NCBI GenBank assembly: GCA_016930235.1 | Contig: JAFGHI010000038.1 | Location: 34,211 to 98,210, forward strand | Origin: Candidatus Omnitrophota bacterium | GTDB taxonomy: Bacteria; Omnitrophota; Omnitrophia; Omnitrophales; Aquincolibacteriaceae | DNA: 64,000 nucleotides | Direction: 5' to 3' | Part shown: piece by piece, positions 38,113-47,665 of the stretch | Layout: each line of letters opens with the position of its first letter | Position numbering within the stretch: position 1 is the stretch's first letter | Position numbers and translations under genes: made by a program | The notes under the pieces: model-generated | Seen by the model: the letters and a program-made list of their open reading frames with translations, nothing else | What the model was told of the DNA's origin: nothing | The model's database searches: none

Positions 38113-38820
38113 ATGAACATGACAACCGAACATTCCGATAAAAAAATGAAGACGCTTTACGGAGTCATCGTGCTCCTGCTTCTGGCCATTGTTGTTGAAA
38201 CAGGCATTTTAATCCAACAGCAACGGACAGGATCCGAAGCAAAGTCGGATCAGCAAGTATCCGTGGAACGCGGGCTTGAGCCATCTCGAACACCCGTTTC
38301 GCATCCGGCAAATTCCAAAAGGCAAAATTATTCACCTATGCAACGTTTTTACCAACGCTCAGGGGATCCTTACTGGGACGATCCGTTTGCGATTGCCAAA
38401 CAAATGCAAAGCCGGATGGACCAGCTCATGAGCTCGCTCATGACCTACCGTCCATCGTTTGGAACAAGCCTCGATGACACGTTTGACTTTTCTCTCGCCA
38501 TCGACCTTGAAGATACAAAGGATGCCTATATTATCCGAAGCGATATACCCGGCCTTGAAAAAGACAAGATCAATATCACCGTTCAAGACAATCTTTTGAC
38601 GATTCAAGGAATCCGGGAAAGTGTATCGCAAACGGAAAATGATCAAAGCGGGTATTTCGCTCAAGAAAGAAGCTATGGGTCTTTCTCAAGGAGCATCAAT
38701 CTTCCGGGCCCAGTGGATGACACAAACATCAACGCGAAGTATGAAAACGGTGTGCTTGTAATAACATTGCCCAAAGCAGATCGGGAGGATACTCGCATGA
38801 AAAAAGTGAGCATCCAATAA
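38113..38820 (+). CDS. Hsp20-family protein with an N-terminal transmembrane anchor
   Basis: Hydrophobic LYGVIVLLLLAIVVETGILI followed by an alpha-crystallin domain (ERSYGSFSRSINLP, YENGVLVITLPK). Confidence 0.88.
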   Translation: MNMTTEHSDKKMKTLYGVIVLLLLAIVVETGILIQQQRTGSEAKSDQQVSVERGLEPSRTPVSHPANSKRQNYSPMQRFYQRSGDPYWDDPFAIAKQMQSRMDQLMSSLMTYRPSFGTSLDDTFDFSLAIDLEDTKDAYIIRSDIPGLEKDKINITVQDNLLTIQGIRESVSQTENDQSGYFAQERSYGSFSRSINLPGPVDDTNINAKYENGVLVITLPKADREDTRMKKVSIQ

Positions 38821-38838
38821 CAATAAATGATTGAAATC

Positions 38839-38874
38839 GGCCCCCATCCGGTTTAAGATGGGGGCCTTCTTTTT
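38839..38874 (+). terminator. Intrinsic terminator after the Hsp20 genes
   Basis: ggcccccatc-loop-gatgggggcc followed by ttcttttt. Confidence 0.85.
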
Positions 38875-38887
38875 CCAGAAATTCCAC

Positions 38888-38964
38888 GGGCGGTTAGTTC
38901 AGCTGGTTAGAACGCTTCCTTGACATGGAAGAGGTCAGAGGTTCGAGTCCTCTACCGCCCACCA
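38888..38964 (+). tRNA. tRNA-Val (GAC)
   Basis: GGGCGGT/ACCGCCC acceptor stem, CTTCC-TTGACAT-GGAAG anticodon arm, GGTTCGAGTCC T-loop, encoded CCA. Confidence 0.97.
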
Positions 38965-39069
38965 CCACTGAAATAGTTTCACACCTTCAAAACCACATAT
39001 CCATGACGCAATACCCGTACCTTGAGGACTCGAAGGGAGCCGCTGATCCACCAGTGACTTTGTTTGAAT

Positions 39070-39696
39070 TCAGACATTTCCGCAATTAGATTTTAAAAGA
39101 TATTTTTCTAATAGCTCTCTTGTCTTTTTGAGGGCTTTAGCGCGATGCGATACCTTGTGTTTTAATTCGGCCGGAACCTCGCCGAAAGTCTTTCCATAAG
39201 GCGGATAGTAGAAAATAGGATCATAACCAAACCCATGGGACCCAGCCGCACATGAATGAACATACCCATGAACTTCTCCCGAAACAATACCAATCAGGCC
39301 ACCGGGCTCAGCGATGGCTACAGCCGATTTAAAATAGGCCCCTCGTTTATCATTGGGAACGTCTCGAAGAAGATCCAGGACTTTTTGATTGTTTTCAGCA
39401 TCATTCTTAGCTGGACCTGCAAACCGAGCGGAATAGACCCCTGGGGCCCCCTTCAAGGCTTTGCAACAGAAACCGGAATCCTCACCCAGCGTCAGAAGCC
39501 CCGTTTGTTTGGCATAACCTAGGGCCTTCATTTCTGCATTTTCCTCAAAAGTTTCACCATTCTCTTCGGCTTCCTCGTAAGAAGGAAGATCCCCCAGACA
39601 AACGAGTCTGAGATCGAGCGAAGACAAAAGCGTCTCAAGCTCTCTGAGCTTTTTCTTGTTCGTCGTCGCAACGAGAAGTTTTCGGGCAGGACTCAT
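39070..39696 (-). CDS. rdgB: Non-canonical purine NTP pyrophosphatase (RdgB/HAM1)
   Basis: [27 protein letters not shown] and SHR. Confidence 0.95.
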   Translation of the reverse strand: MSPARKLLVATTNKKKLRELETLLSSLDLRLVCLGDLPSYEEAEENGETFEENAEMKALGYAKQTGLLTLGEDSGFCCKALKGAPGVYSARFAGPAKNDAENNQKVLDLLRDVPNDKRGAYFKSAVAIAEPGGLIGIVSGEVHGYVHSCAAGSHGFGYDPIFYYPPYGKTFGEVPAELKHKVSHRAKALKKTRELLEKYLLKSNCGNV

Positions 39697-40415
39697 GACG
39701 GTAAACGGACATATTTTTTCTGAATCACGATAAGTTCATCAATCCCTTTTTTCGCTAAAGTCAGCATGCCGTCCAACTCCTTCTTCGAAAAAGGATTATT
39801 TTCGGCCGTCCCCTGGATTTCGATGAATTCACCTGATCCGGTCATCACAACATTCATATCCACTTCGGCATTCATATCTTCCGCATAACAAAGATCCAGC
39901 ATCGGTTTTCCGTTAACCATCCCAACGCTTACCGCCGCGACATAATCCATGATTGGCGAAGCCGCCAAACGGTCGCATTTGATGGCCTTGTTCACGGCAT
40001 CGGCTAATGCAACAAATCCGCCTGTAATGGCCGCTGTTCTTGTCCCGCCATCTCCTTGAATGACATCGGCATCGATCCAAAAGGCCCGCTCACCGATTTT
40101 GTCAAAATTCACAACGGCTCGGAGGCTTCTTCCGATAAGCCGCTGAATTTCATGGGTTCTTCCTGAAGGTCTTCCCTTGGAAGCTTCCCTCGGAACCCTT
40201 TCGGTACAAGAAGCCGGCAACATCCCATATTCCGCCGTGAGCCAGCCCTTCCCCTTGCCCCTTAAAAACTGAGGCACCCTTTCTTCCAAACTGGCCGTAC
40301 AAAGAACTTTGGTCTCTCCCATTTCAATCAAGCAGGAACCCAACGCATTCTTAAGATACCCCTTTCGAATCACGACTTTTCTCAGATCATTGCTTTTTCG
40401 CTTGTCCGCTCGCAA
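39693..40415 (-). CDS. rph: Ribonuclease PH
   Basis: [26 protein letters not shown] and DGGTRTA; TTG start with GGAGG SD. Confidence 0.96.
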   Translation of the reverse strand: MRADKRKSNDLRKVVIRKGYLKNALGSCLIEMGETKVLCTASLEERVPQFLRGKGKGWLTAEYGMLPASCTERVPREASKGRPSGRTHEIQRLIGRSLRAVVNFDKIGERAFWIDADVIQGDGGTRTAAITGGFVALADAVNKAIKCDRLAASPIMDYVAAVSVGMVNGKPMLDLCYAEDMNAEVDMNVVMTGSGEFIEIQGTAENNPFSKKELDGMLTLAKKGIDELIVIQKKYVRLPS

Positions 40416-40425
40416 AGTAACCCTC

Positions 40426-41142
40426 CTATCTAATTTTTAGAATTCGATGAAGTCGGGGAACCACACGGATATCCCGTATCCATTTCGCACCGAAACTCTG
40501 CAAAGATTGTAACATCGACATCAACTCCGGGTCTTCATGCCCTTCCGAGCCGGACGTGGAAACCGGTTGCAGAATCACAGGAACTTGTATTTCCGCTACG
40601 GCTATCATTCGAATTAGCCTTTCATAATTTTCGAACTGAAGATCCCGAGAAATAGCCAGTTTAATCAAAACGTTTTTGGCGCGCGCAACCTCAAGAAACC
40701 GCTTATGTTCCACCATCCAATCTTCTGTGCCCGAAACACAGCTCAACTTCATATCCATCGCAATGCAATCGCAATCTTGAATAATTTGCGCGAGTGCTTG
40801 CCATAAAACACCATTGGTCTCCAAATAAATCTTATGTCCCCGTTCTTTAAGTTCAGGAATAAGCCTTTTCAAAAATTCAAGCTCGCAAAGAGGCTCACCG
40901 CCGGTAAGACTCACATAAGCATGCGGCCCGCTTGCTGATTCGAGTCTCTCAACTTCCTCCAAAACTTCTTGAAGCGTCCACTCTCGCCCCTTCTTATTCT
41001 TCTCATCGCAATAAACACAGTCAAGATGACAGCCTTCAAAACGGATGAACAGATGCCGCTGCCCAACGTAGACACCCTCACCCTGAAGTGAGGAAAAGAT
41101 TTCCGATATTCTAGTCTTAAGATAAGATTCTTGCGCTAACAT
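40426..41142 (-). CDS. queE: 7-carboxy-7-deazaguanine synthase (radical SAM)
   Basis: [23 protein letters not shown] and ETNG; next to queC; start trimmed. Confidence 0.92.
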   Translation of the reverse strand: MLAQESYLKTRISEIFSSLQGEGVYVGQRHLFIRFEGCHLDCVYCDEKNKKGREWTLQEVLEEVERLESASGPHAYVSLTGGEPLCELEFLKRLIPELKERGHKIYLETNGVLWQALAQIIQDCDCIAMDMKLSCVSGTEDWMVEHKRFLEVARAKNVLIKLAISRDLQFENYERLIRMIAVAEIQVPVILQPVSTSGSEGHEDPELMSMLQSLQSFGAKWIRDIRVVPRLHRILKIR

Positions 41143-41809
41143 CACTGATCTGAGGATCTTCCAATCCTGCACCCCCAAAGCCTTTTTGTCGCAACCGGCA
41201 AGAGTCACAAACCCCGCAAGGCCTCTCTTTGCCAAGATAGCAGGACCATGTTTTTTCCAGGGGCACCTTTAAGGATTGAGCCAAAAGGACGATTTCTTTT
41301 TTCGTCATTCGAAGCAACGGGGCCTCGATTTGAATCGGCCGCCCTTCGGCACCGGATCTTGTTCCCCGTTTTAAAGTTTCCGTAAAACTCTCAAAATATT
41401 CCGGCCGGCAGTCAGGATAACCGCTGTAATCCAACGCATTCGCCCCAATGACGATGACCTCAGCCCCAATCGCTTCACTGTACGATGCTGCCAGTGACAA
41501 AAAGACTGTATTCCTCGCAGGAACATAAGTCGCCGGAATATCCTGGCCCATTTGAGCAGCGTCGCGATCGATAGGAATAGGAATATCCTTGTCTAACAAA
41601 GCGCTTCCCCCCCAAGGCATCGGAACGCTGATAATTTGGTGTGGAATTTCTAACCCCCGGCAAATCGTTTTTGCCGCCTCGATTTCACATTCATGCAATT
41701 GGCCGTAGTGAATCGTCAAAGCGGAAACATCGCAGCCTTGCGATTTTGTCCAATAAAGGGCCGTCGTTGAATCCAACCCGCCCGAGAGCAAACAAACTGC
41801 CTTTTTCAT
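41117..41809 (-). CDS. queC: 7-cyano-7-deazaguanine synthase
   Basis: SGGLDS, TYVPARN, YPDCR and TWSCY...CGVCDSC. Confidence 0.96.
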   Translation of the reverse strand: MKKAVCLLSGGLDSTTALYWTKSQGCDVSALTIHYGQLHECEIEAAKTICRGLEIPHQIISVPMPWGGSALLDKDIPIPIDRDAAQMGQDIPATYVPARNTVFLSLAASYSEAIGAEVIVIGANALDYSGYPDCRPEYFESFTETLKRGTRSGAEGRPIQIEAPLLRMTKKEIVLLAQSLKVPLEKTWSCYLGKERPCGVCDSCRLRQKGFGGAGLEDPQISDVSARILS

Positions 41810-42636
41810 TTCTGTCTCACAACCTCAACGAAATTCATCTTCTCACCCAGGAAAGATTCCCCCACCTTCACAAAATTTCCGGGTTTATCGCTCACGTAAA
41901 TTTTAAGCAGACCTTTCTGTTTTTTTGCCGCATGAAGATCTCTGCGATCAAACAGTTGCGCAAGCTGCTGAACCGTCGGCGCCATCGAATCGACTAACCG
42001 AACACGCGAACCCATTACCTTTTGAATGGATTTCTTCAGTAACGGATAATGCGTGCATCCTAAAATAAGAACGTCGATCTTCTTCTTCTTCAATTTTCTG
42101 AGATAAGCGTCAAGCACATCATGCGTAATTTTACCTTCCAGCCACCCCTCCTCAACGAGAGGAACAAATAACGGGCAGGCCTCACCAAAAACCTTGACCT
42201 TCGGATTTCTCTTCTTGAGGGCCTTTTCATAAACACGGCTGCCGATCGTCGCCGACGTCGCTATGACGCCAATTCTCCCCGAACGGGTGGACCGACAAGC
42301 GACCTCCGCGGCCGGTTGGACCACATCGACAATCGGGACATTAAAGTGACGTCTTAGGAAATTGGCCGCTGCACTTGTCGATGAATTACAGGCAATGACA
42401 AGGGCCTTCACTTTATGTTTAAGAAGAAAAAGCGTATTCTGGATGGAAAATCTTAAGATCTGCTCAGGTGACTTCGTCCCATAAGGCAGGCGGGCCACAT
42501 CTCCGTAATAAACAATCGTTTCATGCGGCAGTCTCCGCCTGATTTCCCGGACCACAGTAAGACCGCCCAATCCGGAATCAAAAACTCCGATTGGGCGGTG
42601 TCCTTTGGAATGCCTGCTAACTCTTTTTGAAGTCAC
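41806..42636 (-). CDS. murI: Glutamate racemase
   Basis: FDSGLGGLTV, PYGTK, ACNS and LGCTHYP. Confidence 0.96.
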   Translation of the reverse strand: MTSKRVSRHSKGHRPIGVFDSGLGGLTVVREIRRRLPHETIVYYGDVARLPYGTKSPEQILRFSIQNTLFLLKHKVKALVIACNSSTSAAANFLRRHFNVPIVDVVQPAAEVACRSTRSGRIGVIATSATIGSRVYEKALKKRNPKVKVFGEACPLFVPLVEEGWLEGKITHDVLDAYLRKLKKKKIDVLILGCTHYPLLKKSIQKVMGSRVRLVDSMAPTVQQLAQLFDRRDLHAAKKQKGLLKIYVSDKPGNFVKVGESFLGEKMNFVEVVRQK

Positions 42637-42638
42637 CC

Positions 42639-43829
42639 TTAAACCTTCATTTCTAGAAAACCTTTGATGCGTTTAAGTGCACGCTCCATTTCTGGTTCAC
42701 TCCGGACAAGGGCAAATCGGACATAACCTTCACCGCATTCACCAAATCCCGTCCCCGGAGAAACTGCCACGCCGGTTTCCCGTAACAACAGCTCGGTAAA
42801 ATCCATGGAAGAATGGGCATGATAAACTTCCGGAATTTTCGCCCAAACATAAAAGGTTGCTTCGGGCTTCCTAACCGCCCACCCCATTTTATTGAGCGCA
42901 TCGACAAAGTAATCCACCCGTTTCTTGTAGATTTTAGTTATCTTCTTCACATATCCTTGCGGTCCGGTTAACGCCGCCGTCGCCGCCATCTGGACTGCGC
43001 GGAACAATCCAAAATCCACATAACTTTTCGTTTTATTGAGACTTGCTAAAATCTCTTTATTTCCGACTGCAAACCCCACTCGCCATCCCGGCATGCTGTA
43101 AGATTTCGATAACGTATGGAATTCAACGCAAAATTTCTTGGCACCCTTCACCTCAAGGATACTCGGTGCACGCTTGTCCCCAAAAACGATATCGGAGTAC
43201 GCAAGATCGTGGGCCACAATCATATTCTTATCTTTCGCCCAATGAACGACCTTGTTAAAAAACTCGATATCACAAACGGCCGCTGTAGGGTTATGGGGAT
43301 AACTCAAAAACATGATCTTCGACAAACGTGTCGTCTCGCGAGGGATATGCTGAAGATCCGGCAAATACCCGTTTTCTTCTTTCAGAGGAATATTGTAGAG
43401 AATCCCTCCAGCCATAATGACCCCGTTGAAATGCACCGGATAAGCCGGCGATGGAACAAGGGCCAAATCATCATTGTTCAGGAAGGCAAGAGACAAATGA
43501 GCCACCCCTTCCTTCGACCCAATCAAAGGCAAAATTTCTTTATCGGGATCAAAATCAATTCCGAAACGGCCTTGATACCATTTACCGATAGCCCTACGAA
43601 AATTGACTTCGACCTCTTCATCCGGTTTCGAGTACCGGTGAATATGTTTGATTTTGAGAGCCCGGCGCATTTCAGTTACGACATGAGGCGGTGGATCGAA
43701 ATCCGGATTCCCCATACTGAAATCAATCACTTCCTTCCCCGACTCACGTACCTCGCGTTTGAGACTGTCGACAACGGTAAACAAATACGGTGGTAACCGC
43801 AACATGCGGTTGGCTTCATGCATTGGCAT
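42639..43829 (-). CDS. Class I/II PLP aminotransferase (LL-DAP aminotransferase/AlaC-like)
   Basis: LPPYLF, GSKEG, YPHNPT, DLAY and SKSYSMPGWRVG. Confidence 0.88.
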   Translation of the reverse strand: MPMHEANRMLRLPPYLFTVVDSLKREVRESGKEVIDFSMGNPDFDPPPHVVTEMRRALKIKHIHRYSKPDEEVEVNFRRAIGKWYQGRFGIDFDPDKEILPLIGSKEGVAHLSLAFLNNDDLALVPSPAYPVHFNGVIMAGGILYNIPLKEENGYLPDLQHIPRETTRLSKIMFLSYPHNPTAAVCDIEFFNKVVHWAKDKNMIVAHDLAYSDIVFGDKRAPSILEVKGAKKFCVEFHTLSKSYSMPGWRVGFAVGNKEILASLNKTKSYVDFGLFRAVQMAATAALTGPQGYVKKITKIYKKRVDYFVDALNKMGWAVRKPEATFYVWAKIPEVYHAHSSMDFTELLLRETGVAVSPGTGFGECGEGYVRFALVRSEPEMERALKRIKGFLEMKV

Positions 43830-43898
43830 TTTCTCTTGAGTCCTTTCTAAGCAGCCTCGGGCCGCTCCTTCACTTCATCGAAATATCAAAAAAAACGA

Positions 43899-44171
43899 TT
43901 AGGCTTCGTCTCCGCCGGCTTCATCGATCTCCGGATCGGAGTCATCAATACTGCACAGAACTTCGTCTCTCGCAACAACTTCTCCTTCATCGTAATAAAC
44001 CTCCGCTAAAACCCCCGATGCGGGAGCCTGAACGGTCAGGGTCCCATCCTCAGTGGAAAGCTCCACCAAATCATCGCCTTCCTGAACTGAATCTCCTTCT
44101 TCATAAAACCAGTTACGAACCGTCGCTTCATCCAAATGAGAGGCTAAGTTATGTAAAAGCACTTCGACCAT
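43899..44171 (-). CDS. Stand-alone biotinyl/lipoyl-domain-like protein lacking the attachment lysine
   Basis: W...EGD.V..GD.LVE.ST(EDG)...V.AP.SG.L......EGE.V pattern of a lipoyl domain; AGGAGG SD; directly downstream of lipA. Confidence 0.82.
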   Translation of the reverse strand: MVEVLLHNLASHLDEATVRNWFYEEGDSVQEGDDLVELSTEDGTLTVQAPASGVLAEVYYDEGEVVARDEVLCSIDDSDPEIDEAGGDEA

Positions 44172-44222
44172 TTTAGCTCGTCCTCCTATTGAAATTTAAA
44201 TAATTTTATGGCGTTTCGCTTT

Positions 44223-45095
44223 TCAAATTTGATGTAAGCCTTCAAAAGTTTCACCTGCGTGATAGGAACTCCTCACATAAGGCCCCGAAAAAACATTCCG
44301 GAAACCCATGGCTTTAAATTCATCGGCCAACTCTCGGAAAACTTCCGGCCGAACATATTCTTTCACGCAAACCGCCTGAGGTCCTGGGGGCAAATACTGC
44401 CCAAGCGTCAGGAGATCACAGCCGACGCGCCGAAGATCTTCCGCGGTCTTATAGACTTCATCCTGCGACTCCCCCAATCCCAACATAAGACCACTCTTGG
44501 TCATAAGCGACGGACCGTATTGTTTCGCTAATTGAAGCACTTCGAGTGAACGGCTGTAACTTGCCTCGGGCCGGATATCAGACTGCAAGCTTCGGACAGT
44601 CTCCAAATTATGATTGAACACCTGAGGTCCCGCATCGACAACTTCTCGAATAAGGTCGGAACGCGCATGAAAGTCCGGCACAAGAACTTCCACGCGGACA
44701 TCCGGCATAAGCCGGCGAATCGCCTCTAAAGTCTCGCGGTATTGACCGGCACCCTCATCCGGCAAGTCATCCCGCGTGACCGAAGTAATCACCACATAGT
44801 TGAGTCCAAGTGTCTGAACAGCTTTGGCAACTCGATCCGGTTCGCTTGAATCCAGCATTTCGGGTTTGCCACTTTTAACAGCACAAAAACCGCAATTCCG
44901 GGTGCAAGTATCTCCCAAAATCATGAATGTCGCAGTACCTTTAGCAAAGCATTCACTTTGATTCGGACACGCTGCCGATTCACAAACCGTGTGGAGTCCG
45001 TATCGTTCCAACACTTGATGTGTTCCCGTTGTCGCACAAACTGGCAAAGAGCGTCGTAACCAACTTGGTAATCTTTCCCGAATAACAGGAGCCAT
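44223..45095 (-). CDS. lipA: Lipoyl synthase
   Basis: TVCESAACPNQSEC, CTRNCGFC, VITSVTRDDLPD and RSSYHA; start trimmed to MAPVI. Confidence 0.96.
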   Translation of the reverse strand: MAPVIRERLPSWLRRSLPVCATTGTHQVLERYGLHTVCESAACPNQSECFAKGTATFMILGDTCTRNCGFCAVKSGKPEMLDSSEPDRVAKAVQTLGLNYVVITSVTRDDLPDEGAGQYRETLEAIRRLMPDVRVEVLVPDFHARSDLIREVVDAGPQVFNHNLETVRSLQSDIRPEASYSRSLEVLQLAKQYGPSLMTKSGLMLGLGESQDEVYKTAEDLRRVGCDLLTLGQYLPPGPQAVCVKEYVRPEVFRELADEFKAMGFRNVFSGPYVRSSYHAGETFEGLHQI

Positions 45096-45202
45096 CGTCT
45101 CCTCATCCAGCCCCACTCTTATGAGACCAAACAAAAAATATATCCGCCAAAAAGACAGATAAAAAAAGCCTTTGTATGCCCTAAATTTTGCTATGACGGG
45201 GA

Positions 45203-45231
45203 TTTGTATCAAAAAGGGGGTTGAGTGTCAA
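45203..45231 (-). promoter_or_regulatory. Sigma70-type promoter upstream of the lipA operon
   Basis: TTGACA-17 bp-TACAAA with a TG extended -10. Confidence 0.5.
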
Positions 45232-45267
45232 GCACCATTCATGAGAAGGGAAAAACGCTATATCCTG

Positions 45268-45933
45268 CTATAAAATCTGCTTGGGAAGACCTATATCCAC
45301 AACACAAACACGGCCGGCATAACGCGGCCCTTCACCCTGAAAAAGGCCGTGCTTGGGCAACCCCAACGTTGCCGTCAAAGTCGCTTTCATAGCACACCCA
45401 AGGACTTCACCCGTATCCGCATCAAGCCCTGACGGGATATCCACAGCCACCACCGACTTTGCAATCTCATTGGCCAGCTTGACACCCATTTCAAAAATTC
45501 CGGTAAGCGGTTGACTCAGCCCCACGCCAAAAAGGGCATCGACGACGACATCGCTGCGCTCAAAATACCCCCGCAACCAAGCATGATCCGTCTTTTCAGT
45601 AACAACCTCGCAAGGGATCATCATCTTCGAAACAATTCCATAATTCACAGCAGGATCAGGATTTAACTTTTCCGGATCCGCAAACAGGAGAACAAGGACT
45701 TGAAAATCATGATTCCATAAATGCCGCGCGACTACCAAACCGTCTCCCCCGTTATTGCCTTTCCCCACAAGGATACAAATCCGCTTCCCATGATAATTAC
45801 GGTGAATGACTTCCGAAATCCCGCGACCAGCATTTTCCATGAGAAGAAGACTCGGAATGCCGAATTCCTCAATCGCCCTGCGATCAAGCTCACGCATCTC
45901 TGCTGCAGAAACGGATTTACTCATCTTGAGCAT
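45268..45933 (-). CDS. nnrE: NAD(P)H-hydrate epimerase (YjeF N-terminal domain only)
   Basis: LMENAG, GKGNNGGDG, DALFGVG and DIPSG. Confidence 0.92.
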   Translation of the reverse strand: MLKMSKSVSAAEMRELDRRAIEEFGIPSLLLMENAGRGISEVIHRNYHGKRICILVGKGNNGGDGLVVARHLWNHDFQVLVLLFADPEKLNPDPAVNYGIVSKMMIPCEVVTEKTDHAWLRGYFERSDVVVDALFGVGLSQPLTGIFEMGVKLANEIAKSVVAVDIPSGLDADTGEVLGCAMKATLTATLGLPKHGLFQGEGPRYAGRVCVVDIGLPKQIL

Positions 45934-45954
45934 TCCAAAAGTGGAGACCTAAGT

Positions 45955-47451
45955 TTAGACAAGCTTCCCGACCAAGGTGTTGGATTTCAATTTCTCAATT
46001 TTAACGGTTTGAAAGCTCCCGATCAGGGTCTCTTGACCAGGAAAAACAACTTTCTTTTCATCAAGAGTACGGCCCAATAACTGGGAGCGATCTTTAACAC
46101 TAACTTCTTCGACGAAGACCTCAACGGTTCTCCCAACCCACTCCTCGTGGATTTCTTGGGTTATCTTCTTTTGAAGATCCAAGAGTTCCTGGTTCCGTCC
46201 TTCTTTTACTTTTATCGGCACATCATCGGGGAGTTTTGATGCCGGAGTGCCCGGCCGCACTGAATATTTATAGATAAAAGCGCTTTCGAACCGGATCTCT
46301 TCGAGGGCACGCATCGTATCCGCATGATCCTGATCACTCTCTCCTGAGAAACCCGTCATGATATCCGTTGTGATAATCACATCCGGAACAAGTTCCCGCA
46401 AGCGGTCAATCTTGGCTTTAAAATCGCCGTACGTATGCATGCGTTTCATTCGTTTCAGCATTTTGTCAGATCCGGACTGGAGAGGCAAATGAAAACGCCG
46501 GGAAATCTTTGGATTCCTTGCGATCACTTGAAAGAGTTCTTCGGTGGCATCCTGGGGATGGGATGTCGTAAAGGAAATCCTCTCAAGCCCATCCATCTGG
46601 CATAACATCTCTAAGAGCTTGGGAAATGACACGGATTGTTTTGATGAATTCGAATATCGAATATCGAAATCCGAAACAATTTCAAAATTCGAACTTTCAA
46701 ATTTTAAATCTTTCGGATTTCGGATTTCCTTCGGATTTCGAATTTCGGATTTTGGATTCCCCTTATAGCTATTGACGTTTTGTCCCAATAATGTGATCCA
46801 TTTCACACCATCTGAGACAAGGCGCTCGGCTTCACGGTAAACCTCGCGGGCCGGCATCGAAACTTCACGCCCTCTTGTGATCGGAACAATGCAAAACGTA
46901 CAGACCTTATCGCACCCCGTCATAATCGGAAGCCAGGCATGAAACCGTCCCCGTCGCTTGATGAGATCGGTATACTCGATTGAAATCCCGTCCTGCTTAA
47001 TCTTGGCGACCTGTTCGCGTTTCTTGACCACTTGGGAAATCAAAGACGGCAATTCGAGAATATTTCTTGTCCCCGCCATAAAATCCAGTTGGGGAAAACG
47101 CTTGAAAAGCCTTTCGCCATGCTCTTCCGGCATGCACCCCATCAAGCCCACAATCAAATTGGGTTTCTTTTTTTTCAGCTTCCCCAACATCCCCAAACGC
47201 CCAAAGACCCGGTCCTCAGCATGCTCGCGAACCGAACACGTATTCATGAGAACAATATCGACCCCCTGCGAAATATCGATCTTGCGACCGTTATCATCCG
47301 CGTTCTCATCTTCGATTTTATCAGAAACGATCTCGTAGCCGGCATCCTCCAGGATCCCTTCAGCCACTTCGGTATCATACATATTCATCTGACAGCCGAA
47401 AGTCCTGATAGCAATTTTTAGTTTTCGAATTTCATTTTCATCGAGTGACAT
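45955..47451 (-). CDS. miaB: tRNA-2-methylthio-N6-isopentenyladenosine synthase MiaB (with an internal insertion)
   Basis: TFGCQMN, NTCSVRE, GCDKVCTFC, LLGQNVNSY, TSHP, HLPLQSG and a TRAM domain. Confidence 0.95.
   Translation of the reverse strand: MSLDENEIRKLKIAIRTFGCQMNMYDTEVAEGILEDAGYEIVSDKIEDENADDNGRKIDISQGVDIVLMNTCSVREHAEDRVFGRLGMLGKLKKKKPNLIVGLMGCMPEEHGERLFKRFPQLDFMAGTRNILELPSLISQVVKKREQVAKIKQDGISIEYTDLIKRRGRFHAWLPIMTGCDKVCTFCIVPITRGREVSMPAREVYREAERLVSDGVKWITLLGQNVNSYKGNPKSEIRNPKEIRNPKDLKFESSNFEIVSDFDIRYSNSSKQSVSFPKLLEMLCQMDGLERISFTTSHPQDATEELFQVIARNPKISRRFHLPLQSGSDKMLKRMKRMHTYGDFKAKIDRLRELVPDVIITTDIMTGFSGESDQDHADTMRALEEIRFESAFIYKYSVRPGTPASKLPDDVPIKVKEGRNQELLDLQKKITQEIHEEWVGRTVEVFVEEVSVKDRSQLLGRTLDEKKVVFPGQETLIGSFQTVKIEKLKSNTLVGKLV
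46646..46759. repeat. 114-bp imperfect palindromic heptamer-repeat element inserted in frame in miaB
   Basis: Left arm gaattcgaatatcgaatatcgaaatccgaa...; right arm ...ttcggatttcgaatttcggattttggattc; repeat unit approximately AATCCGA. Confidence 0.85.
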
Positions 47452-47665
47452 AAAAAATCTTAAGAGAGTGTCCTTACTTTCAGGAATACTGAGTAAGAGT
47501 ATACTACGGATGATTTAATTTCGTGAAATGCAAATGCTTCTTTGAGTTATAACGCTATCAACCTAGCGATCCGTCGGATGAAACTTGATGGGACTCTTTT
47601 TCCACGGAGTTTGAATCTCCCTCCGAGGGCTCGATATTCCCCGGTTCGGTGAAAAATCCGTGCGT

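Noticed and set aside
38965-39069. Integrated element at tRNA-Val
   Set aside because: rdgB follows within ~100 bp, and there is no integrase or duplicated tRNA end.
43116-43796. Long plus-strand ORF (226 aa) and similar antisense ORFs over housekeeping genes
   Set aside because: They lie entirely antisense to well-conserved genes and have no motifs.
46646-46759. Intein or CRISPR-like array in miaB
   Set aside because: There are no intein terminal residues (N-terminal C/S, C-terminal HN), the insert is too short, and the repeats are 7-mers without unique spacers.
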